From: a virus
Virus record (IMG/VR): IMGVR_UViG_3300044733_003647
Span: 1 to 64,000 of that record
Strand: one strand, 5' to 3'
Length of the DNA stretch: 64,000 nt
Shown here in pieces: positions 1 through 9,148 of the stretch. The notes beneath the pieces were generated by a model. That model did not search any database. It saw nothing but the letters and a program-made list of their open reading frames with translations, and was not told the DNA's origin. Each line of letters opens with the position of its first letter. Position 1 is the stretch's first letter. The position numbers and the translations under genes were made by a program.

Positions 1-231
1 GATTGGCAAAGTTACTATGGTTCCAATGAAGAACTTAAAAAAGACGTTGCAACTTACGGTAAAGAAAATTTTAAAAGAGAGATAAAACACCTTTGCAAAA
101 CAAAAGGTGAATGTGGTTATCTTGAAGCAAAAGAACAATTTGTCAATGGTGTTTTGGAGAGTGATGTGTATTACAATTCATGGATTATGGTAAGAGTGCG
201 AAAATCACACATCAAAGGATTACAATGTTAA
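1..231 (+). CDS. Partial (5'-truncated) conserved T4-like protein, GIY-YIG-related C-terminal part
   Basis: Frame 1 translates DWQSYYGSNEELKKDVATYGKENFKREIKHLCKTKGECGYLEAKEQF...YYNSWI; the YxGS..F.REI..YN pattern is typical of GIY-YIG-like phage proteins. Confidence 0.6.
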   Translation, partial: DWQSYYGSNEELKKDVATYGKENFKREIKHLCKTKGECGYLEAKEQFVNGVLESDVYYNSWIMVRVRKSHIKGLQC

Positions 232-578
232 AGTTTTTTGAAACAGTAAAAGATTATGATACATTATGTTTTATACCAGTAGAGGGACAAAATAATTCTC
301 TTAATATAATAGTGAGTCAACACAAAACCGCTGGAGAACCTGTTGGTGGTAGCCCAATGGGTCCAGAATGGCACGTAGTATTATTCAAATCAGAAAATGA
401 TGCTGTAGGTGACCTAGATCATTTTGATGCGATACTGACGGATCCTAGAGAGTATGTTTCCTCTTTAATAGAACAAGATTGGTATGGAATGGTTTCCAGA
501 AAAACAACAACCTCCAAAGAATTTGTTGAAAGGGTGTTGACTTCACTGAAAGAATGTGATAAGATTGGTGAAGTGTAA
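225..578 (+). CDS. Hypothetical protein
   Basis: ORF track 180-578; ATG at 225 follows the SD-like AAGGA. Confidence 0.7.
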   Translation: MLKFFETVKDYDTLCFIPVEGQNNSLNIIVSQHKTAGEPVGGSPMGPEWHVVLFKSENDAVGDLDHFDAILTDPREYVSSLIEQDWYGMVSRKTTTSKEFVERVLTSLKECDKIGEV

Positions 579-595
579 TTTTTTTAAGGTTTGTT

Positions 596-1462
596 ATGAT
601 TCTCGTTGATCTAAATCAGGTATTGTTGGCCGGTCTAATGGCACAAATTGCCAGCCAAAAAGGAGTTAAGTTGGAAGAAAGCTTAATTCGCCATATGATC
701 CTAAACATCATTAGGACTCATGTTAAAAACTTCCGAAACGATTATGATGAAATTGTTCTCTGTTGCGACAACAGGAAATATTGGCGCCGTGAGTTGTTTC
801 CTTTTTACAAAGCTGGCCGCAAGAAAACTAGAGAAAAATCTGATCTAGACTGGCACCTCATCTTTGATATGTTGACGAAATTTAAACAAGAACTGAAGGA
901 TTACTTTCCTTACAAAGTTGTTGATGTTGAAGGTGCCGAAGCTGATGATATTATCGGCACACTTGTACCACGACACATTATGCATGAAAATATATTGATC
1001 ATTTCTAGTGATGGTGATTTTCTGCAACTACAACAGTACAATATGCCATCAAACAAATACACAGTCAAGCAATATAATCCATCACAAAAGAAATTTATTG
1101 TTTCCGAGAATCCATTGATGGAACTAAAGGAAAAAATTATTCGTGGTGACAAAGGTGATGGCATTCCTAATATTTTATCACCATCAGATTGTTTCGTTCG
1201 TGATTTACGACAAACAACAATTTCCAAGATCAAATTCGAAAAGCTGATGGAAAAAAACTATGGTGACTGGGATAATGAAAATGAAAAAATTGGTTTTTCT
1301 CGCAATCAGGCTTTGATTGATTTGAGAAACATACCCGGTGATATTAAAGACAAAATTATAAATACTTATGATGAAATCAAACCGGCACCTAAAAATAAAC
1401 TACTAGATTATCTAATAGCCAATAAACTTAAAAATTTAATTGATGTAATTGAGGATTTTTGA
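596..1462 (+). CDS. rnh: T4-like RNase H (5'-3' exonuclease)
   Basis: MILVDLNQ, YWRR..FPFYKAGRK, EADDII, SSDGDFLQL and GDKGDGIPN motifs. Confidence 0.95.
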   Translation: MILVDLNQVLLAGLMAQIASQKGVKLEESLIRHMILNIIRTHVKNFRNDYDEIVLCCDNRKYWRRELFPFYKAGRKKTREKSDLDWHLIFDMLTKFKQELKDYFPYKVVDVEGAEADDIIGTLVPRHIMHENILIISSDGDFLQLQQYNMPSNKYTVKQYNPSQKKFIVSENPLMELKEKIIRGDKGDGIPNILSPSDCFVRDLRQTTISKIKFEKLMEKNYGDWDNENEKIGFSRNQALIDLRNIPGDIKDKIINTYDEIKPAPKNKLLDYLIANKLKNLIDVIEDF

Positions 1463-1887
1463 TGAAAACAATGTATGAGATTTTTGATGAATTTGAAAAT
1501 GCCAAAAGCAAAAAAGAAAGAATGCAAGTAATTGGTAATAACTTGTCACAGACTTTAGTTGACATTCTAAAATTGACTTATCATCCAGATTTTAAATGGA
1601 AAATAAAAGAGATTCCAGAAAATTATAAAGTACCAACTGATGTATTGCCAGGCATAACACATGATAGTTTAAATGCACAACTACGAAGAATTTATATCTT
1701 TCTAGAAGGCAATCATACAGCAGAAACTCTCTCCGAGAAAAGACGCAACGAACTACTAATTCAAATGTTAGAATCTATTGAACCAAGAGAAGCTGAAGTA
1801 CTGCTAGGTATTTTTCAAAAAGATTTAGGTGTAAAAGGATTAGATTATAAGTTTGTCAAGGAGGCTTTTCCTGATCTACTACCATGA
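1459..1887 (+). CDS. Conserved T4-like hypothetical protein
   Basis: 142 aa with RRNELLIQMLESIEPREAEVLL..KDL; start overlaps the rnh stop. Confidence 0.75.
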   Translation: MMKTMYEIFDEFENAKSKKERMQVIGNNLSQTLVDILKLTYHPDFKWKIKEIPENYKVPTDVLPGITHDSLNAQLRRIYIFLEGNHTAETLSEKRRNELLIQMLESIEPREAEVLLGIFQKDLGVKGLDYKFVKEAFPDLLP

Positions 1888-2261
1888 TAACCAAAGAAAA
1901 AATAATAGTAACGTCTGGTTATTTTGATCCAATATCTTTAAAAGAAATAATACACCTACAGAAATGTAAACAGATGGGTGATTGGTTAATTGTGGGTATA
2001 CATTCCGATATGTTACTTCATATGAAGACGGGTATACTAAACCAAAGTATGGAAACTAGAAAAACAATATTAGAAAGTATAAAATACGTTGATGAAGTTT
2101 TTATCTTCAACGATTGTAACGATAATGTATGTAATTTATTAAAAGTGGTGAAGGTATGTTACCCCCGCACAAACATCACTTATGTTTCTGAGTTTGATAT
2201 GTCAGATAGACCAGAAACAAAAATTGGGGGCATTAATTTTGAAGTTTTAAGTAAGGAGTAA
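1884..2261 (+). CDS. Cytidylyltransferase-like protein with degenerate HxGH motif
   Basis: IVTSGYFDP, GDWLIVGIHSD and ILESIKYVDEVF match the family; SLKE replaces HxGH. Confidence 0.8.
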   Translation: MITKEKIIVTSGYFDPISLKEIIHLQKCKQMGDWLIVGIHSDMLLHMKTGILNQSMETRKTILESIKYVDEVFIFNDCNDNVCNLLKVVKVCYPRTNITYVSEFDMSDRPETKIGGINFEVLSKE

Positions 2262-2265
2262 CTAA

Positions 2266-2448
2266 GTGCCGAAAAATGTTGAAAGGTTTCGTAGGAATAG
2301 AGACTACAACGAAGATGAATATGAGTTCTTCTATGAAAAAAAGAAGACAACTAAAACAAAACCATCTAGAAAAGCATTTTATAATGAAGATTATTATGAT
2401 AATGAATATCAAAAATCTTCCAGAAAACGATATAGACGACAAGACTAA
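2266..2448 (+). CDS. Small charged hypothetical protein
   Basis: GTG start after a strong SD (AAGGAG). Confidence 0.6.
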   Translation: MPKNVERFRRNRDYNEDEYEFFYEKKKTTKTKPSRKAFYNEDYYDNEYQKSSRKRYRRQD

Positions 2449-2461
2449 TATAAATCAATGT

Positions 2462-2513
2462 TGTTGTTAGAACGCAACAACCATCTTGACATTAAATCCA
2501 ATTCTGTTATACT
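2462..2513 (+). promoter_or_regulatory. Early promoter with upstream TGTTG-N8-CAACA palindrome
   Basis: TGTTG(2462)-N8-CAACA, 6 nt, TTGACA(2486)-N16-TATACT(2508) with extended TG. Confidence 0.75.
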
Positions 2514-2532
2514 TATAGCATTGGAGATTATT

Positions 2533-2871
2533 ATGATGATTTATACACGAATACAAAAATCGAAGGTCAAAAAACGGCCTAAAGCTGAACGCGAGCAATA
2601 TGAGAAATGGTTGGAGTCACACAAACCAACCAAAATTCTTAAACTTGCAAAGACCAGCAATTTGTTGACTGGTTATAAACTGTCGGCTCCTGCCGGCCGA
2701 GAGACTGTACGCCTTCCTTCACTAAGTACCGGTGAAAATGGCGGCACAAAAGCTGATCCCAAGGTTTATACTGGCACAAAAGTTGTCGGAATCGCTACAA
2801 TGCACAAATCCAATGCTGTTCCTGTGTTTTCCAATGAACAAGCGGTCGAAATTTCTAAAATGCGGCGTTAA
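2533..2871 (+). CDS. Conserved T4-like hypothetical protein
   Basis: C-terminal YTGT..GIATMHKSNAVPVF motif; SD GGAG before ATG 2533. Confidence 0.75.
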   Translation: MMIYTRIQKSKVKKRPKAEREQYEKWLESHKPTKILKLAKTSNLLTGYKLSAPAGRETVRLPSLSTGENGGTKADPKVYTGTKVVGIATMHKSNAVPVFSNEQAVEISKMRR

Positions 2872-2872
2872 A

Positions 2873-3025
2873 ATGAAGACAAAAAAGACTTTTGTTGTAA
2901 AATTACAACGTCCTGTGTGTCGGACTCCAATTAAATATGTTCAAAAGCACAAAAATGATGTAAAATACTCACGTAGAGACAAAAATTTGCGTAATTTTAC
3001 TAAATTTGTAATTGGAGATGAATGA
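2873..3025 (+). CDS. Small basic hypothetical protein
   Basis: MKTKKTFVVKLQRPVCRTPIK, packed between neighbours. Confidence 0.55.
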   Translation: MKTKKTFVVKLQRPVCRTPIKYVQKHKNDVKYSRRDKNLRNFTKFVIGDE

Positions 3026-3217
3026 ATGTCGAAAGATTTTTCAAAAAAACACTGGACTACAAAACTGATCGAATCAGAAGATGGTTCCGGTGATGCAATC
3101 CTTCAATTTCCTGATGAACTCATTCAAGAAAAAGGTTGGAAAGAAGGAACTGTTCTAAATTTGAAAGTAGAACAGACAGAAACTGGCAATGTACTTGTAA
3201 TTACCGAGAAAAAGTGA
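3026..3217 (+). CDS. AbrB/SpoVT-like small DNA-binding protein
   Basis: GDAILQFPDELIQEKGWKEGTVL swapped-hairpin signature. Confidence 0.7.
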   Translation: MSKDFSKKHWTTKLIESEDGSGDAILQFPDELIQEKGWKEGTVLNLKVEQTETGNVLVITEKK

Positions 3218-3218
3218 T

Positions 3219-5324
3219 ATGAATCTGATTGACTCAAAATCTATTTTGGCCAAACTGATGGCCACCGAAGACCTGATCGTTGAACAGCGTAATGTATCAA
3301 CGGCTTTCTTTGATGTGCAGAACCGGATTCTTACAGTTCCTGTTTTGGATAAAAATATCTCTTCTCAACTTTATGATCTTTTCATGGGACATGAAGTTGG
3401 CCATGCTCTGTATACTCCTTTGGAAGGCCTGAAGAAATCCAAAGAAGAAAAAGTCAACATGTCGGTTTTGAACATTGTTGAAGATTCCCGCATCGAGCGT
3501 AAAATCAAATACAAATATCCTGGTCTAAAGAACTCTTTTGTAAAAGCTTATCAAGAGCTTCTGGAAAGAAATTTCTTTGAAACGACCGGCAAAGACCTTA
3601 ATGAGTATAACTTCATTGATCGTGTAAACCTGCACTGCAAAGGTGGCGCATTGCTTACTATTAAATTCAACGAAATCGAGCGCGAATTGCTGGGTCTTGT
3701 TGAATCAACCGAAACTTTCGATGAAGTTGTTGAAGTCACTAAAAAAATTATTGACTACATGAAGTTTGAAGAAGAGGAACGCAAAAAACAAAAAGAAGAA
3801 CGCGGAGAAGACGACTCCGATGAAGATTATGACATTGAAGAATATGAACTAGAAGAAAGTGATCCTCCTAGTGATGAAGAAGATGGTGAACCAAAAGATC
3901 AGAGTGAAGATAATTCTGAAGAAACTGAGAAAGAGGCCAATTCTTCTTCAAGCAATAAAGATGATAAAAAATCCGACAAAGATGAAGAAGAAAAAATTCG
4001 TTCTAAAACGGATGACGCCTATCGTAAAAACGAATATCAGTTGTTCGCTAATGATGACACCGAAATTCGTTATGTGAATATTCCAGATTTCAAAGTTGAG
4101 AACAACATCTTTGATTATAAAGATGTGTACAAACGATATGAAGAAGAAGGATATGATATCGCCAAAAAAGAATTCGATTCGTTCCGTAGAGATTCGAACA
4201 AAGTTGTTTCCTATCTTGTCAAAGAATTTGAAATGCGTAAGAATGCAGATCAATTGAAACGTGCTACGACAGCGAAAACCGGTGACTTGAATATGAAACA
4301 GGTGTTCTCATATCAATTCAATGAAGATATCTTCAAGAAAATTACTGTGGTGCCTGGTGGTAAATCACATGGATTGATCATGTTTGTTGACTGGTCTGGT
4401 TCGATGGCTCGTCACCTTGCAAATACAATCAAACAACTACTTAATCTTGTAATGTTTTGTAAGAAGGTGAATATTCCTTTTGAAGTGTATTCTTTTGTTG
4501 AGAGCACCATTACAGAAAATTCATCAACATTCAAATCAAAGAAAAATGATTTTGTGATCAATGATTTTGGTCTAATCAATTTGTTGTCTAGTCGAATGTC
4601 GGCCAAAGATTTTACTTATGCTGGCGCTGCTCTAATGTATATGGGTGGATTATCATCTTATCGTGCAATTCCCCGTACTCCTCACTGGATGGCCTTGTCG
4701 GGTACTCCGTTGAACGAAACAATTATTGCTGCTATGGAAATCATTCCTTATTTCCAGAAAAAATACAAGTTGCAGATTGTTAACACCGTTTTTCTGACTG
4801 ACGGTGATGGACACTCTTTGTCACAGTATCTACTCAACGATAAACCTTATCACACTGGAGATGTTCGTTATTCTCTTTCGAGCAGTAGAACGAAAAAAGT
4901 TAATAAGGTTGTAATTCGTGATACGAAAACCAAAAATCAAGAAGAATATCAAGCGGATTCTTATCACAATGGTCAAACTTCAGCTCTTATTAAATTGTTG
5001 AAGGCAAGAACCAAATCTAATGTGATTGGTTTCTATATTGCTCATGGTAAAGACTATCGTCAGAAAGTTGATCACTTTATTCCTATAACTAAGTCTATTG
5101 AAAGAGAAAAGGCAAAGAAAGATAGGTATTGTGTTGTGACAAGTGCAGGTTTTGATGACTACTATATCTTGCGTTCGGAGTCTATGGACACCGATGAAGA
5201 CAACGAACTTGTCGTCAAAGAAAACGCAACGACACGTGGTATTGTATCTGCTTTCAACAAGTATACGGGTAACCGAGTTGGTAATCGTGTGATTCTTAAC
5301 CGTTTCATCAATCTTATTATTTAA
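3219..5324 (+). CDS. T4-like metallopeptidase/VWA protein (CobT-like partner of CobS)
   Basis: HEVGH..NIVEDSRIE peptidase motif, acidic linker, MIDAS DWSGS, GTPL and FLTDG. Confidence 0.9.
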   Translation: MNLIDSKSILAKLMATEDLIVEQRNVSTAFFDVQNRILTVPVLDKNISSQLYDLFMGHEVGHALYTPLEGLKKSKEEKVNMSVLNIVEDSRIERKIKYKYPGLKNSFVKAYQELLERNFFETTGKDLNEYNFIDRVNLHCKGGALLTIKFNEIERELLGLVESTETFDEVVEVTKKIIDYMKFEEEERKKQKEERGEDDSDEDYDIEEYELEESDPPSDEEDGEPKDQSEDNSEETEKEANSSSSNKDDKKSDKDEEEKIRSKTDDAYRKNEYQLFANDDTEIRYVNIPDFKVENNIFDYKDVYKRYEEEGYDIAKKEFDSFRRDSNKVVSYLVKEFEMRKNADQLKRATTAKTGDLNMKQVFSYQFNEDIFKKITVVPGGKSHGLIMFVDWSGSMARHLANTIKQLLNLVMFCKKVNIPFEVYSFVESTITENSSTFKSKKNDFVINDFGLINLLSSRMSAKDFTYAGAALMYMGGLSSYRAIPRTPHWMALSGTPLNETIIAAMEIIPYFQKKYKLQIVNTVFLTDGDGHSLSQYLLNDKPYHTGDVRYSLSSSRTKKVNKVVIRDTKTKNQEEYQADSYHNGQTSALIKLLKARTKSNVIGFYIAHGKDYRQKVDHFIPITKSIEREKAKKDRYCVVTSAGFDDYYILRSESMDTDEDNELVVKENATTRGIVSAFNKYTGNRVGNRVILNRFINLII

Positions 5325-5335
5325 AAGGGCATAAA

Positions 5336-5566
5336 ATGAATTCTGAATATTATAATGGCAACAAGAAGGCTGTCGTCAGTAAAAAGACTTCAACCAATAT
5401 CGATGAGAATCGATCTCTATGGGAAGTTTCAATGTATATCGATAATCGAATCGTACAAAAAACTAATGCATACAACGAACAACAAGCCGAGAATATTGCT
5501 GAAGACTTCATCAATGCTGGTTCACAGACTTCTCCTACTTTTTTGAATGAGCATCTCAATGGATAA
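5336..5566 (+). CDS. Hypothetical protein
   Basis: ORF track, SD present. Confidence 0.6.
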   Translation: MNSEYYNGNKKAVVSKKTSTNIDENRSLWEVSMYIDNRIVQKTNAYNEQQAENIAEDFINAGSQTSPTFLNEHLNG

Positions 5567-5831
5567 GCAAATCAAAGAAGTTTTCTGTATTGCACAGGAA
5601 GAGTGTGCAGAAGTAACCCAAGCAATTTCCAAAATCTTCCGTTTTGGTTTCGATTCAAAGAATCCACAGACAAACAAAAGTAATAAACAATGCCTTGAGG
5701 AAGAAGTGGGTGACCTCCTGGCCATGGTTGACATTATGGTGGAGAAGTGTATAATCTCGGATAGTAACGTTAATGCTGCTCGAAAAGCCAAACGTGAAAA
5801 ACTAAAGGTCTGGTCCAATATCGAGGTTTAA
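5559..5831 (+). CDS. MazG-like NTP pyrophosphohydrolase domain protein
   Basis: EECAEVTQAISK...LEEEVGDLL acidic helices. Confidence 0.75.
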   Translation: MDKQIKEVFCIAQEECAEVTQAISKIFRFGFDSKNPQTNKSNKQCLEEEVGDLLAMVDIMVEKCIISDSNVNAARKAKREKLKVWSNIEV

Positions 5832-5832
5832 A

Positions 5833-6288
5833 ATGTTTCACAAGATTATGAACAAGGTGGGTCGGTATCGGCTCATCAAAGACAGGTTGTCCGGTGACGA
5901 TTACATGCACCGTTATTACCTGTTTCTGAAAGATCGTAAATGGTTTCCGTTTAACTTCACCTTACACAAAATTGTAAAGTCTGATGAACCAGTGATGCAC
6001 GACCATCCGTGGCCGTACATGACAATCGTTCTCAAAGGCGGTTACCATGAGCACACACCAGTCTTTGACAAAGATGGCAAGATTTTTGCCGAAGTCACTA
6101 AGTGGCGTGGTCCCGGCTCCGTCATTATCCGTGGCGCAAAAGAATATCACTGGTTAGAACTGGACAACAATCAACCAGCAACGACACTGTTCTTCATGGG
6201 ACCACAGCTTCGCGAATGGGGTTTCTGGAAGGGCAAATGGATTCAATCCGAAGAATATCTAGAGAAACGTCTTAAAAATGAGCAATGA
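5833..6288 (+). CDS. Cupin-like hypothetical protein
   Basis: HDHPW, GGYHE, H.LEL and TLFFMGP..REWGF. Confidence 0.7.
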   Translation: MFHKIMNKVGRYRLIKDRLSGDDYMHRYYLFLKDRKWFPFNFTLHKIVKSDEPVMHDHPWPYMTIVLKGGYHEHTPVFDKDGKIFAEVTKWRGPGSVIIRGAKEYHWLELDNNQPATTLFFMGPQLREWGFWKGKWIQSEEYLEKRLKNEQ

Positions 6289-6430
6289 AGAGTTAGAAAG
6301 AATTTACGATGAGATGAAGGAAATCTTTGGAGATAATCTTCCTCATCCAGAACAGGAACCAATCCGTTTTGCATATTATGTTAGGCTCTACAAATACTAC
6401 CACGTTTCAAGCGCTTCCGACATTTCCTGA
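6278..6430 (+). CDS. Small hypothetical protein
   Basis: Manual translation MSNEELERIYDEMKEIFGDNLPHPEQEPIRFAYYVRLY. Confidence 0.55.
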   Translation: MSNEELERIYDEMKEIFGDNLPHPEQEPIRFAYYVRLYKYYHVSSASDIS

Positions 6431-6435
6431 GTAAA

Positions 6436-6618
6436 ATGCAAATCTTCTTTGAAATTTCTTTTGTTTCACTGAACCTTTTCAGCTTCATGCTCGGTATGCT
6501 GTATACCCTCAGCAACATCTCGACATTTGGTAATCCGAAAAAACTCTGGTTACAAGTTGTTGCCTATATTGTTGGTATCGCAATTTATTTTTACTTAAAG
6601 AGTATAGGATACATTTAA
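6436..6618 (+). CDS. Small membrane protein
   Basis: Two hydrophobic segments. Confidence 0.6.
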   Translation: MQIFFEISFVSLNLFSFMLGMLYTLSNISTFGNPKKLWLQVVAYIVGIAIYFYLKSIGYI

Positions 6619-6920
6619 TGGTTCCCCAGTCCAACTTAAAGTATTACCGCATAGACGTTGTAATGAAGACGGGATTCAAGTACTCACTGGCTTGCATGGG
6701 CAAACAGTTGAATGGTATGAAAGAAAGTTCAAGTGGGCACTGGACCGAATCTTTGAACGTTGCTGAGATAACCGAAGAAGATTATCGAAAATTCTATTAT
6801 GACGAAGAGTTGGACGCAGAACCGGCTCCTGAAAAAAAATCCAGAAAGTCTAAGAAACCAGTTGTGTTTTCCACTGTGGAAGATTTCTTAGAAGGTAACA
6901 CGAAGAAGAGAAAGAAATAA
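6618..6920 (+). CDS. Hypothetical protein
   Basis: ORF track, TAATG coupling. Confidence 0.6.
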   Translation: MVPQSNLKYYRIDVVMKTGFKYSLACMGKQLNGMKESSSGHWTESLNVAEITEEDYRKFYYDEELDAEPAPEKKSRKSKKPVVFSTVEDFLEGNTKKRKK

Positions 6921-6922
6921 TT

Positions 6923-7225
6923 ATGCCAGTATTTGATGATATGAAATTCGAACACCAAGAGTTTGCAATTGGCGGTAAACTCGTTACCGGTAGTATAATC
7001 GTTAAAGAATACGAATACCAAGATCCAATTGCAGTTCAAAAAGTAATCAAAGAAAAACTCTTAGAAAGATTAGTGAATCATATCATAGAGAATAAACTTG
7101 CAGAATTCACTATGGTTAAAAATCCAATAGAAGATTCCAGAATTTACAGAGTCCGTTGTTACCTTGCACCAGACCACACTGTTAAGATTCTAAGAACCCT
7201 TAAACAGAACCAATTACAGTTATGA
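6923..7225 (+). CDS. Hypothetical protein
   Basis: ORF track. Confidence 0.65.
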   Translation: MPVFDDMKFEHQEFAIGGKLVTGSIIVKEYEYQDPIAVQKVIKEKLLERLVNHIIENKLAEFTMVKNPIEDSRIYRVRCYLAPDHTVKILRTLKQNQLQL

Positions 7226-7362
7226 AATACGTTTACTCAGAAGAATATGATGCGTATTACGATGAAGACACCAATGAGTGGCTTGATGATAAGTGTGATG
7301 ATCCGAATTGTGAATTCTGTATGAATAGACCAGAAAAACCACTGGAAAAATTAGATGAATGA
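7222..7362 (+). CDS. Small acidic Cys-containing protein
   Basis: Manual translation MKYVYSEEYDAYYDEDTNEWLDDKCDDPNCEFCMNRPEKP. Confidence 0.6.
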   Translation: MKYVYSEEYDAYYDEDTNEWLDDKCDDPNCEFCMNRPEKPLEKLDE

Positions 7363-7642
7363 ACTTGTAGAAAAAAGACTATTAACCAGAAAGAAAAAAC
7401 CAAAGGCTGGTTATCATCCGAACAGTGCGCCCTATAAAGTTATTGTGCATCCCTATCATTCTGATCCGTATATTAAAAGAGAATATTTGACAAAAGAGAA
7501 GGCTGAGAGATATGCTTTGGAACTATCAAAGAAATATAGATGTAAGATAACAATCGAATATATTAAGGTTTCCGGTCCAGGAAAAAAATTCGAATCTTCA
7601 GATTCCGGCCCAGAAAATAAAAAATTGGAAAAAAGAGTTTGA
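7355..7642 (+). CDS. Hypothetical basic protein
   Basis: ORF track; its 3' end overlaps an A-tract element. Confidence 0.5.
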   Translation: MNELVEKRLLTRKKKPKAGYHPNSAPYKVIVHPYHSDPYIKREYLTKEKAERYALELSKKYRCKITIEYIKVSGPGKKFESSDSGPENKKLEKRV

Positions 7643-7737
7643 CCTGGTGGGGCTTTTTATTATATACGCGCTCACCCATACCCCCCATCCATACCCCATA
7701 ACAGCTGCCATGGCAACCAGCAGCCACCATATAAGCC

Positions 7738-7761
7738 AAAAAAAAGGACGCCGAAGCGTCC
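7738..7761 (-). terminator. Rho-independent terminator of the leftward island
   Basis: Minus strand GGACGC-TTCG-GCGTCC followed by T8 (cUUCGg tetraloop). Confidence 0.9.
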
Positions 7762-7789
7762 CAAAGCAACCACCAACCACTAACCAATA

Positions 7790-8437
7790 TTAAGCAGCCA
7801 CTGCTATCCGAATAACCTTTGCCATTTTCCGTCCATGGGCCGGATATCCAACCACTGCCACATCCTTGGAGTAGCAGGCACGGCAGCCATTACACTTGCC
7901 ACCATGCTCATATGCACGGCACAGCGTGACACCAGCAGGCACATTGGATGCATCCGGCAGGATGGTGCTGCCATGGACACCATCCGTATACGTACCATCC
8001 ACAGCATCACTGGATGGACGGACCATGACATTAGGCAGTGCTTGCATGGCAGCAAGGATGGCAGCGAATTTAGTAAACTTATGCATCCTAGTGGGCAGCC
8101 AGTGCTTTACATGGGGAGTAGCCACCATGACAGCGTACATTTTCTCCGCAAGCTCAAGGCTGTACATGTCCCCAGAATCGAACCACCGGAAGAAGCGCTG
8201 TTTGGAGAGCGCTTTCACCATGGTGTCCACCCAGTCAGCTTCCTGCCAAGCCAGCTTATTGTCGAAGCGGACGGCTTTGACGCCAGGGAAATTGTACATT
8301 CCGGTGGTAGCGTAGCAACCAGAGCAAGCAGCGACCAGGTCGCCGTTGGTGGCTTTGCTGCCGGGGCAAGTCTCAATAGCTTGCAGCGACCAGGACAGGA
8401 TGTTGTCCAGCTTGGAGGTTTTGGAGAGCTTATTCAT
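7790..8437 (-). CDS. GP88-family Cys-rich (Fe-S/radical-SAM-like) protein
   Basis: TCPGS..CSGCYA, FRWFDSGD, HWLPTR and C-terminal CNGCRACY. Confidence 0.8.
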   Translation of the reverse strand: MNKLSKTSKLDNILSWSLQAIETCPGSKATNGDLVAACSGCYATTGMYNFPGVKAVRFDNKLAWQEADWVDTMVKALSKQRFFRWFDSGDMYSLELAEKMYAVMVATPHVKHWLPTRMHKFTKFAAILAAMQALPNVMVRPSSDAVDGTYTDGVHGSTILPDASNVPAGVTLCRAYEHGGKCNGCRACYSKDVAVVGYPAHGRKMAKVIRIAVAA

Positions 8438-8467
8438 TTTCTTGCCTTTTCTTGAATCGATGGATGG

Positions 8468-8495
8468 ATTATGACAGGACCAGAGGAAATGGCAA
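8468..8495 (-). promoter_or_regulatory. Leftward promoter P1
   Basis: TTGCCA-N16-CATAAT with TG extension. Confidence 0.8.
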
Positions 8496-8567
8496 CTGTA
8501 AACTTTAGTACTCCATCCGCCTGGTCAACCTCTTGCCAAGGACAATGGACTATGATAGGCTGCTCGG

Positions 8568-8705
8568 TTATGCTAGGACTGTACCGATTTGCTTGGCAAT
8601 GCTGACAACACCATTCCAGAGGATGTTAGCGGTGGCCATGGTTTGCACAGGAAACGCAGCACCAAGAACCATGAAACCAAAAGCAAGCAGCAACCGAATG
8701 ATCAT
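8568..8705 (-). CDS. Small membrane/secreted peptide (45 aa)
   Basis: Manual translation MIIRLLLAFGFMVLGAAFPVQTMATANILWNGVVSIAKQIGTVLA; ATGA-coupled to the upstream ORF. Confidence 0.6.
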   Translation of the reverse strand: MIIRLLLAFGFMVLGAAFPVQTMATANILWNGVVSIAKQIGTVLA

Positions 8706-8803
8706 ACAGCTCTCCAAAAGAAAACGTCCATACCAACCACGAACAATGCAAGCGCACCAACCACGGACAGGATCAGCAGCTCATGGCGATCAAAAAAGGA
8801 CAT
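8702..8803 (-). CDS. Small single-TM peptide (33 aa)
   Basis: Manual translation MSFFDRHELLILSVVGALALFVVGMDVFFWRAV; TAATG-coupled. Confidence 0.6.
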   Translation of the reverse strand: MSFFDRHELLILSVVGALALFVVGMDVFFWRAV

Positions 8804-9066
8804 TAAGCCCCCTTGGTGATAGTAACAGCACCAGCCTTGCGGTTGGCTTTGGCAGCCTTGGCACCAACCTTGCCGACCTGCTTGGACAGCAGCTTCTGGA
8901 GGCGAGCCTCTGCCTTAGCGATGGCAGCTGCCTGCTTGGCTTCTGCAGCCTCCAGCTTCTCTGCTTTCACCCGAGCAGCCAGCTGCTGGATCATAGCTTT
9001 AATTTCCTTAACATCAGCGCGAGCCTTACGGAGAGCTGCAACGGAGGGGGAGAGAGTCTTGGACAT
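8803..9066 (-). CDS. Ala/Lys-rich basic coiled protein
   Basis: SD GAAAGGAAG, directly downstream of promoter P2. Confidence 0.75.
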   Translation of the reverse strand: MSKTLSPSVAALRKARADVKEIKAMIQQLAARVKAEKLEAAEAKQAAAIAKAEARLQKLLSKQVGKVGAKAAKANRKAGAVTITKGA

Positions 9067-9096
9067 ATTGTCTTCCTTTCAAATTACGATGGTTGA

Positions 9097-9124
9097 ATTA
9101 TGACAGAATTGGAGGGATTGGCAA
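9097..9124 (-). promoter_or_regulatory. Leftward promoter P2
   Basis: TTGCCA-N16-CATAAT; CCGGTCAA box upstream. Confidence 0.8.
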
Positions 9125-9148
9125 GCATCCATTGGATACTTGACCGGA

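Noticed and set aside
2462-2479. LexA box
   Set aside because: TGTTG-N8-CAACA does not match the beta/gammaproteobacterial CTGT-N8-ACAG consensus.
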